From NCBI GenBank assembly GCA_964621955.1, contig CAZUMN010000002.1, forward strand, positions 4,530 to 68,529: a stretch of 64,000 nt of DNA. Reading direction: 5' to 3'. This DNA comes from an uncultured Thermococci archaeon (GTDB lineage: Archaea > Methanobacteriota_B > Thermococci > Methanofastidiosales > Methanofastidiosaceae). The notes under the pieces were generated by a model. That model was given only the letters and a program-made list of their open reading frames with translations. It was not told where the DNA came from and searched no databases. A program made the translations under genes and the position numbers. Of this stretch, positions 19,136 through 26,546 are shown piece after piece (the stretch's first letter is position 1; each line of letters starts with the position of its first letter).

Positions 19136-19675
19136 ATTAGGAGATACCAGATAGGAGTTATTGGCTCTGCAAGCGGTGGCATAGGAAGTGATGTTAGACT
19201 TGCTGCAAGAGAGCTTGGAAGGGCAATTGCAAAAAACAATCTGGTACTTTTTTCAGGAGCATGTCCTGGACTGCCACATGAAGCTACAATTGGGGCAAAA
19301 GAATCTGGCGGAACAACAGTTGGAGTGTCCCCTGCAATAAATTTCAAAGAGCATGTTGAAGATTATAAATATCCGTCTGATGTTTTTGATTCTCTCATAT
19401 TCACTGGTTCTGGGTACAAAGGAAGAAATGTTACCCTTGTCAGAAGCTGTGATGCAGTTATTTCAGTCCAGGGAATGATTGGCACACTAAATGAGCTCAC
19501 AATAGCATATGATGAAAAAAAGATTGTTGGATTATTATTAGGGACTGGCGGCGCATCTGATCTTTTCTTAGATGTCTTAAGAAAAATGGGGAAGTCTCAT
19601 GATAATGTCCTATCTTCAGATGACCCTAATATCCTAGTTGAAAAAATAATTGAAGCGTTAGAGATCCTTCAGTGA
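19136..19675 (+). CDS. TIGR00725-family (LOG/SLOG-like Rossmann) protein; 5' end lacks any canonical start codon
   Basis: The in-frame translation from 19124 reads RGLSIRRYQIGVIGSASGGIGSDVRLAARELGRAIAKNNLVLFSGACPGLPHEATIGAKESGGTTVGVSP.... This is the conserved N-terminal nucleotide-binding core. The first ATG/GTG/TTG is a GTG at 19325. Candidate starts are ATT at 19136 and ATA at 19151, behind GGGGG/AGGAGA. Confidence 0.6.
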   Translation: MRRYQIGVIGSASGGIGSDVRLAARELGRAIAKNNLVLFSGACPGLPHEATIGAKESGGTTVGVSPAINFKEHVEDYKYPSDVFDSLIFTGSGYKGRNVTLVRSCDAVISVQGMIGTLNELTIAYDEKKIVGLLLGTGGASDLFLDVLRKMGKSHDNVLSSDDPNILVEKIIEALEILQ

Positions 19676-20470
19676 TAATAATCTTTCTAAATACTCTTTT
19701 TTTAGTTCCATCCCGAATTGATCGCCTTCCCTGTGATAGTCAGAACCTGCTGTTGGGATTAGAGAGTATTTTTCTGCAAGTTTCAGGTATTTTGACTCTT
19801 CTTCTTTAGTGTGCTTTGAGTAGTAGACTTCAAGCCCTCCAAGACCGATATCAGATAAATAAGCTATGAAGTTTTCAAGATCTTCATCTTCTAAAAAAGT
19901 ATACTTTGGGTGGGCAAGTACGGGAACACCTTTGTATTTTTTAATTAATTCAATGGCCTTTCTAATATCTGGCCTTACTTTTGGTACATAGCAAGGCTTA
20001 TCGTTTCCAATGTATTTTTCAAATGCTTCAGCGAAAGTAGACACATAACCTTTTTTCACCATTAGGTCTGCAATATGGGGTCTGCCAATGTTTCCATCTG
20101 CGCTAGCTTTTAGCTCTTCCATCGTTATTTCAAAGCCTGAATTTCCCAATTTCTTTAGCATTTTTTGATTTCTTTCTTCTCTTGAATTTTTCAGTTTGTT
20201 TACAAAGCTCTGAAACTTTAGATCTTTATAATCTACGAAATAGCCAAGCATATGAACCTGTTTCTCGTGTTTTGCGCTGATTTCAAGGGCAGGTATTAGT
20301 CTTACCCCTTTTTCATTTGCAGCTTTCATACCTTCTGGTATTCCATCAATCGTGTCGTGGTCTGCAATAGCTATTGTGCTTAATCCATTTTCTTTAGCCT
20401 TGGCTATGATATCTATCGGTGAGAGCAGTCCATCTGATGCAGTTGTGTGAACATGTAAATCTACTTTCAT
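19658..20470 (-). CDS. PHP-domain metal-dependent phosphoesterase (TrpH/YciV-like)
   Basis: MKVDLHVHTTASDGLLSP...IADHDT...AHP...GSDYH motifs. Confidence 0.85.
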   Translation of the reverse strand: MKVDLHVHTTASDGLLSPIDIIAKAKENGLSTIAIADHDTIDGIPEGMKAANEKGVRLIPALEISAKHEKQVHMLGYFVDYKDLKFQSFVNKLKNSREERNQKMLKKLGNSGFEITMEELKASADGNIGRPHIADLMVKKGYVSTFAEAFEKYIGNDKPCYVPKVRPDIRKAIELIKKYKGVPVLAHPKYTFLEDEDLENFIAYLSDIGLGGLEVYYSKHTKEEESKYLKLAEKYSLIPTAGSDYHREGDQFGMELKKEYLERLLSLKDL

Positions 20471-20614
20471 TAAAAAAAAGAAATATAATTAATTTAAATG
20501 ACTTTCTGATTTAGTAATTTAATAAAAACTTATTTAATTGAAAGTGAAAATAATGGCCTAAGAGGGGATTAGATTAATATTATTTTATCTCTATTAACGC
20601 TCATTGTTGGATTT

Positions 20615-21799
20615 TTGATTGGGGTTACTATAGTTAAATTCTTGACAGTCCATCAGAGTAAGATTAGGGCATACGCTATGTTGTTATTTTCTGAATTTAT
20701 TATTTTCATCTTTCTTATTTATTTTAATTTAAGTAGATTAGAGCTTGTTTTTCTAGGGTTGTGTTTCCTTTCTATTTTAGTTGGGTATTATGTAATGGCT
20801 GTTAAAATACTTTCAACGAAGGATCATAGGCATGTTCCAGAAATTACTAGGAAAAAAGGGGATAAAGGCAAAGGACATATCGCCATAATTTATTTTACAC
20901 ATGGGGAGCCTGAAGATTATAATCCAATAGGGTGGATTAATCAGTTTAGAGAGTTTGACGAGCAGAAGATTAAGTTTATCCCATTTTTGATTAGGCCAAT
21001 TTTTCTTTATATGTTAAGGAAAAAGTATATCCATGTTGGTTTTAGCCAGCATAAGAAAATGCACACAAAGATGGTGAAATCGCTTGAAGAGAGATTTAGA
21101 AAAGAAGGAGATAAGAAGACTAAATTTTACCTATCATTTTTAGAGGATGAGCCAAGGCCAGACGCTGCGGTTATCACTGCATTAAATGACGGAGCAAGTA
21201 GAATAATAGTAAGTGAGGTATTCTTAACTATTTCAAATCATACAGCTGAAGGCGAAGAGTTAGTTAGAAAAATTAATTTTGATGATTACGGAGTTTCAAT
21301 TGCATTTACAGGTCCACTGTGGGATTCAAGGATATTACAGAGTATGTTTGTTGAAAGAGTAAACAAACACATAGGGGAAACCGATAAGAAAAAAGTTGGA
21401 GTCTTACTTGTGGGGCATGGACAGCCGAAGGAGTGGGATATGGAATGGCCGACTGAAACAGAGCAGGAGATAAAATTTAGAAAAGATGTTTTAGAATTAT
21501 TTGTTAAAGATGGATATGACCGAAAGAATCTTGATCTTGCTTGGATGGAGTTTAGAGAGCCTTGCACATCAGAGGCTGTTCAAAAATTAGTACAAAATGG
21601 AGTAGAGAAGATATTTTACTTTTCAGCTGCAATTAGTGCCGATAGCATTCACAGCATGTGTGATCTGCCTGAACTTATTTCTAAGTGTGGCATACCCAAT
21701 AACATTGAAGTTATTAATCTTGGAGCTTGGAATGATGACCCGATTGTGATTGAGGCAATTATGGAGAAGATTGGTGGGGTTAGGTTTAAAATAATATGA
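20615..21799 (+). CDS. Class II chelatase / ferrochelatase-like protein with N-terminal membrane anchor
   Basis: IAIIYFTHGEPEDYNP...IPFLIRPIFLYMLRKKY...VGVLLVGHGQPKEW resemble ferrochelatase/CbiX motifs. TM helices lie at the N-terminus. The start is uncertain (TTG at 20615; an in-frame ATT at 20573 follows GAGGGGAT). Confidence 0.45.
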   Translation: MIGVTIVKFLTVHQSKIRAYAMLLFSEFIIFIFLIYFNLSRLELVFLGLCFLSILVGYYVMAVKILSTKDHRHVPEITRKKGDKGKGHIAIIYFTHGEPEDYNPIGWINQFREFDEQKIKFIPFLIRPIFLYMLRKKYIHVGFSQHKKMHTKMVKSLEERFRKEGDKKTKFYLSFLEDEPRPDAAVITALNDGASRIIVSEVFLTISNHTAEGEELVRKINFDDYGVSIAFTGPLWDSRILQSMFVERVNKHIGETDKKKVGVLLVGHGQPKEWDMEWPTETEQEIKFRKDVLELFVKDGYDRKNLDLAWMEFREPCTSEAVQKLVQNGVEKIFYFSAAISADSIHSMCDLPELISKCGIPNNIEVINLGAWNDDPIVIEAIMEKIGGVRFKII

Positions 21800-21825
21800 T
21801 ATTTCAATATATTTTCTTTTCATTT

Positions 21826-22803
21826 TTAATCCATTTTGACATAATTATCTAACTTGTAAAGAGGTTGATTACACTTGATCTTACTACAATAAATATGATC
21901 TGGTAATTTTATTGTTATTTTATTCCCAAAATCTGTATCTTTTACTGTAGTATATGTTTTTATATTTCCCTTTTCTACTTTAAAATCAATGGAATCATAG
22001 TTGTAATTCTCATCAAATATTATTATTTTTAAATAGTCTCCGATTTTTATAATTTTATTCTCGTGGCACCTAATTCCGATTACATTATTCTTGGGAAAAG
22101 AATTTATTATTCTACCTATACTTTTAGGTTCGTTTGTATCTTTAAACCAGTCTCTATACATTTTATTTACGGCAAAAGAATATCCTTTATTGTTTTTAAT
22201 AAACCCATCAGGAGTTAAGAACCTTAACGTACTAATTCCATACTTAGAATCTTTTAATAATTCATTCAAATTTTTGGCTCTACGAGATTCACTTATAAAA
22301 CCCCCATCACAAGTAAGAAAATAATCACATTTGCACATAATAGCAGATACCAGCATTAAGATATCTTTTCCACTTATTCTAGTTTTTCTAAATGCGTGTT
22401 CTACAGACTGAAAAAAATCAATACATTCTTTATCCATGCAATTGTAATTACTAAAAGTAAATTTACTAATTTCTTCTAAACAATTATCTAGCTCCCTTTC
22501 TATTTCTTTCATCAGGGAAGGATTTTTTTGTATATGATATGAATCTTTATTTTTAGAGAATAATCCCTCTTTAATCAATTCTTTGATTATAACTTCTGTT
22601 CTAATATATTCTAATATTTCCCATTGAACAAAATCTGATATATACATTTGTATATGCTCATGTTTAGAAATATCAATCAGAAATTCTTTAATTGGATTTG
22701 GCTGTTTTTTTTCAAGCGCTGAAATTATTATGTTAGTGTCTACAAATATTTTTAGATAAAGATCCTCTAAAGCTAATGTTTTATCAATCAAGTAATCACT
22801 CAA
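21826..22803 (-). CDS. PIN-domain nuclease with additional C-terminal beta-rich domain (candidate effector)
   Basis: PIN acidic signature: IFVDTNIIISA (D22), WEILEY (E62/E65), GKDILMLVSA (D147), YFLTCDGGF (D166). About 150 aa lie C-terminal to the PIN domain, with a beta-barrel-like pattern VIGIRCHENKIIKIGDYLKIIIF. The TTG start overlaps the ATPase stop by 8 nt. Confidence 0.65.
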   Translation of the reverse strand: MSDYLIDKTLALEDLYLKIFVDTNIIISALEKKQPNPIKEFLIDISKHEHIQMYISDFVQWEILEYIRTEVIIKELIKEGLFSKNKDSYHIQKNPSLMKEIERELDNCLEEISKFTFSNYNCMDKECIDFFQSVEHAFRKTRISGKDILMLVSAIMCKCDYFLTCDGGFISESRRAKNLNELLKDSKYGISTLRFLTPDGFIKNNKGYSFAVNKMYRDWFKDTNEPKSIGRIINSFPKNNVIGIRCHENKIIKIGDYLKIIIFDENYNYDSIDFKVEKGNIKTYTTVKDTDFGNKITIKLPDHIYCSKIKCNQPLYKLDNYVKMD

Positions 22804-24061
22804 GATTTTTTGGTAAATTTTCTTCTTTTATATATTCAGTAGGATATGACATTCTTTGTTCTTCAACAAGTCTGTGTGCAATTCTTATGAAACTTCTATA
22901 GTTACCCTTAGAAATAAATAAGATTTTCTTAATTAGGTCTTCAGTGAAAGGGAAATAGTCATCTTTATCTATAGCTTGAACTAAATAATTTTTGATTAGT
23001 TCCTTAGCTTTTTTTTCGTCTAATCTTTCTAATTCAATAGAGTATGTTGTTAATCTATCATACAATGGTACTGACTCTTCTTTAATTCTCTTAAGTGCAT
23101 CGCTAGTTAGGGATACTATTACGGCCCAATTACTCTCACTATTAATCAGAGTATTAAGAGTTAGTAAATAATTAGTTAGTTGTATTCCTTTTAATTTACT
23201 TACATCTTCAAATTCATCAATAAAGACATATAACATATCGTAATTATTTTTCTTTAAAATTTTGACTATACTTTTAAGAAATTGAACTTCTTTTTTTTCC
23301 AAATCACGACTATTAATATATCCTGCAAGGGCTTCCCAATTTAAAATTACTTTTTTATCTGGAAATATAAGATATAGATATCTATCTACTAGCACTTCAT
23401 CAGGAACTATTTCCTTTTTTATAATATCTCGACTATTTTCTTGAAGTTTTTTGAGATCTCCTCCAAGTTCGTTAAATTTATTTAAAAATTCTAAGGGATT
23501 AGAACGAATAGGCTCATCAAATAGTTCTTTCCAATCATTATTTTCGATATATTTGTACATTCCACTAATATATTCTTTTTTAAAATCTTCAATTTTTACC
23601 TTTTTTAAGGAAGTTATGATTATATTCCAAATATATTTTCTTAAAGAATCAAATTCAATCAGTTCTATTATTTTATGAATGACTTTTTGAGGGGATTCGT
23701 CTGGTCTGTCTATATAAACAGTTAAAGCTGAATATTCAATTACATCTGAGTTATTTAGACTATTTATTATATATTCAATATGTTTCATCGTATGAGTTTT
23801 TCCCATACCATAATCTCCAATAATTGTAAGCCCTGCATATTCTCCAAAAGATTCATCATTTCTTTTTAGATAAGTTGACATAATATATTTTTTTATTAAT
23901 TCATTTGTTATTTCATCTAAAGGGGGCATCTTAGGGTCTTTTGCAATTGCAGCAGGAGGAAAAGGATTTATTTTTAATCGATCATTTTTGTCAAATATTT
24001 CTTTTTCAATTTTCTTTATTTGTGATTCTAAAGTTTCAATTGAATTTTTAGTTTTTTTCAT
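22796..24061 (-). CDS. ORC/Cdc6-like AAA+ P-loop ATPase
   Basis: N-terminal NPFPP. Walker A GDYGMGKTH (nt 23795-23818). Walker B LYVFIDEFED. Sensor-2-like SKGNYRSFIRIAHRL. The ATG overlaps the upstream gene's stop by 14 nt. Confidence 0.75.
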   Translation of the reverse strand: MKKTKNSIETLESQIKKIEKEIFDKNDRLKINPFPPAAIAKDPKMPPLDEITNELIKKYIMSTYLKRNDESFGEYAGLTIIGDYGMGKTHTMKHIEYIINSLNNSDVIEYSALTVYIDRPDESPQKVIHKIIELIEFDSLRKYIWNIIITSLKKVKIEDFKKEYISGMYKYIENNDWKELFDEPIRSNPLEFLNKFNELGGDLKKLQENSRDIIKKEIVPDEVLVDRYLYLIFPDKKVILNWEALAGYINSRDLEKKEVQFLKSIVKILKKNNYDMLYVFIDEFEDVSKLKGIQLTNYLLTLNTLINSESNWAVIVSLTSDALKRIKEESVPLYDRLTTYSIELERLDEKKAKELIKNYLVQAIDKDDYFPFTEDLIKKILFISKGNYRSFIRIAHRLVEEQRMSYPTEYIKEENLPKNLE

Positions 24062-25157
24062 TATTATTCCCTTCTTTTTTAATAATAATATAGCTTCTAT
24101 AGAATCCTTCTAGTTTTATAAAGCTATTCTCATAATAATTAGGATTATATCTTGATTTTCTTATATTTGATCCATAAGTCATTACTTGTAAAGAAGCTCT
24201 TTCCAATGAAAAATTAGAAAAATTATCATTGTGTAATTTAATTATTAAATTCTTCATATCCTCTAAAGAGCAATAATACTTTCTTACTAAATAATATAAT
24301 AATTGGGGTATCCATATAATTTTCTTATTTTCTAAATCATTAAAAAAAATATCATAAATTGATTTCTTTAAATCTTCTAAATTAATGTCATTATATCCTG
24401 CTCTAATTGGGTAATACATAATCCATGTATTACCATCGAAACTATATTCTGGAAATATTGCTACACTGTCAATTAAACCTAATTCTTTAAACCATTGCGG
24501 TAAAATATACGTAACTAATCTTGTATAATCATTTGGTTTTTGGTATGGTATTCTCCATTTTTTAGAATCAATTTCTCGTATAATAATTTCTCTTGCTTTT
24601 TTTTTCGGTTCAATTTTTGAATTAATTAAAATTGGTTTAGAATCATTTTTAAAATCATTCTCCTCAAAACTATCTATTGTCGGATATTTTTCCCAATCAA
24701 GGAACCACCATAGAAATTCTTTTGCTTTCTTATAATCTAGTACTATCTTACGTAAAGCTTTTATTTCATTTTCTTTAAGATAAGGAGATTCAGAATTTGC
24801 CAAAAATTCTCTACCTAGATTTTCAGATATTATTATCTCTTTCTCAATATTATGGGAAATTAAGTCTGCATAGAAATATTTGTTTTCATATTTTATTAAT
24901 TTTAAATATCTCGCAGCATGAACATATTCTAATTTTAATCTATCTTTTACTTTAGAATTAGGATACACCCATTTCCTTTTAGGGGGGGGGATAATATTAT
25001 TGTCCATATATTGATATAATTCTTTTTCTGATATTCTAATTTTAAAAACACAATAAACAAAAATATCTCTTATTGTTCTAATATTATAAGCATTTAAGAA
25101 TCCCCATTTTTGTTCTTTGTCACATGAAAAAGGTAAAGAAGGTAAAGTGTTCTCCAT
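24048..25157 (-). CDS. Orphan protein of unknown function (369 aa), W/Y/K/N-rich
   Basis: ATG lies 2 nt after the MTase stop, with GAGG inside the MTase 3' end. I recognise no catalytic or nucleotide-binding motif. The gene contains a C9 tract at codons 57-60 (codon 57 contributes 1 nt; the three Pro codons are 58-60). Confidence 0.6.
   Translation of the reverse strand: MENTLPSLPFSCDKEQKWGFLNAYNIRTIRDIFVYCVFKIRISEKELYQYMDNNIIPPPKRKWVYPNSKVKDRLKLEYVHAARYLKLIKYENKYFYADLISHNIEKEIIISENLGREFLANSESPYLKENEIKALRKIVLDYKKAKEFLWWFLDWEKYPTIDSFEENDFKNDSKPILINSKIEPKKKAREIIIREIDSKKWRIPYQKPNDYTRLVTYILPQWFKELGLIDSVAIFPEYSFDGNTWIMYYPIRAGYNDINLEDLKKSIYDIFFNDLENKKIIWIPQLLYYLVRKYYCSLEDMKNLIIKLHNDNFSNFSLERASLQVMTYGSNIRKSRYNPNYYENSFIKLEGFYRSYIIIKKEGNNNEKN
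24982..24990 (-). repeat. G9 (coding-strand C9) homopolymer inside the orphan gene
   Basis: The plus strand reads a-ggggggggg-a. The coding strand reads atC CCC CCC CCt, encoding I-P-P-P. It sits in a gene that is otherwise roughly 20-25% GC. Confidence 0.9.
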
Positions 25158-25159
25158 AA

Positions 25160-26515
25160 CTATTTCCTCAAAATTAATAAACTTTCTCTTAATCTAATAG
25201 CATGTCTATATTTTAAAGAGTTCCATTTAGTTCCTCTTTCCCTTAAAGGTTTTATTGAATAGCTTGAAAATCCAAGCCCTAACGCAATTTCTGCTAAGTA
25301 AGTATCTGTTGGAATATGGACCCCATAGGGTGCAGAATCTCCAATTATTATAAATGATAAAGAATCTTTTTTAAGTATTCTAAATAATTCTTTAAAGACA
25401 TAGTACATATCTTTAAAATACAATAAAGTAAGATAATCAAAACTTTTTTTAGAAGTTTTTCTTTTTTCTATTTCTGACCTTATTTCAACACTTTTAGATA
25501 CTATTTCTTCACATATATTTGGGATATAATTGTACATTTCATTTCCTAATATTTCTTCATATTTAGATTTATTTAACTTACTATCATTATTGTAATATGT
25601 TGTTGAAGAAGTAACTGATACTTTTCTTATTTTTTCCGTTATTTCTCTACAATTTTGAGCGTATTTCCAAAAATATAAAAATACTTTCAAAGATTCCCCA
25701 TAATCAAAATTATTTAAATAAGGTGGCGAGGTAAAAATATAATCAACAAATTCTTTTCGGATATTAGTATTTTTACATCTACTATCATGTAAGAAAATAT
25801 TTCTGTTTTCATTTTTGTTAATATATTGGGATGATTTTAGCATATCTTCACATATCAAATTTATATTTTTTTGAAATTCATAAATTGGGTTCCTAGGAGT
25901 TTTAGTCTTTGTCCAAGATACATAGGGTACATTTATACTGACTGAAGCAGAATTAGTCAAACTTCTTGTTAAAGCCATAAACAATATGCCTCTTAAATAG
26001 TCATTTGTGCATGTTTGATTAATTATTTCTCGGATATATGTCAACTTCTTTAAATTATTTAATGGAAAACATTTTTTTAATATTGGGTTTTCATTGTCTA
26101 TCCTTTGTAAATCCCAATTTTTGGATACTTCGTTTATTATTCTCTTACTAAATTCTTCGATTTCATTTACATTATTTAAATAATTTAGAGAATTGACTTT
26201 GATATAACATATATCGTATAAAAATTTATTAATCTCGTTTCCCCAAACGTCAAATCCTAATTCTTTTCCAACAATAGCAGTAGTGCCTGAACCTATAAAA
26301 GGGTCAAATATTATTGAATCATTTTGCACATTAAAAAAATTTAAAGTTTCTTTAACAAACAAATTCGAAAATCCTGCTAAAAACGGGAACCATCTATGTA
26401 TTGGAGATTTATTATTGTCAAAATTTGTTGCAAATCTATTTAGATTTCCATTTTGATCTAAATATTTAGAATAATTACTTACATTAGTATCAATATCTAT
26501 CACTGGTCTTGACAT
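25160..26515 (-). CDS. Amino (N4-cytosine or N6-adenine) DNA methyltransferase, AdoMet motif first and then catalytic SPPY
   Basis: Motif I FDPFIGSGTTAIVG (aa 70-83; the core DPFIGSGTT, aa 71-79, is nt 26279-26305). Motif IV TSPPY (SPPY = aa 263-266, nt 25718-25729). About 185 aa lie between the two motifs. The N-terminal segment is IHRWFPFLAGFS. Confidence 0.8.
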   Translation of the reverse strand: MSRPVIDIDTNVSNYSKYLDQNGNLNRFATNFDNNKSPIHRWFPFLAGFSNLFVKETLNFFNVQNDSIIFDPFIGSGTTAIVGKELGFDVWGNEINKFLYDICYIKVNSLNYLNNVNEIEEFSKRIINEVSKNWDLQRIDNENPILKKCFPLNNLKKLTYIREIINQTCTNDYLRGILFMALTRSLTNSASVSINVPYVSWTKTKTPRNPIYEFQKNINLICEDMLKSSQYINKNENRNIFLHDSRCKNTNIRKEFVDYIFTSPPYLNNFDYGESLKVFLYFWKYAQNCREITEKIRKVSVTSSTTYYNNDSKLNKSKYEEILGNEMYNYIPNICEEIVSKSVEIRSEIEKRKTSKKSFDYLTLLYFKDMYYVFKELFRILKKDSLSFIIIGDSAPYGVHIPTDTYLAEIALGLGFSSYSIKPLRERGTKWNSLKYRHAIRLRESLLILRK

Positions 26516-26538
26516 TATGTTCTCATTGTTTTTTCTTT

Positions 26539-26546
26539 TTATATAA
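26539..26546 (-). promoter_or_regulatory. Candidate archaeal TATA box (TTATATAA) for the island operon
   Basis: TTATATAA spans -24 to -31 relative to the A of the MTase ATG (26515). No SD lies in between, which suggests a leaderless or very short-leader mRNA. Confidence 0.35.

Noticed and set aside
19102-19347. 81-aa minus-strand ORF across the RPA32 / TIGR00725 junction
   Set aside because: The plus strand encodes the conserved Rossmann N-terminus of the TIGR00725-like protein over the same nucleotides.
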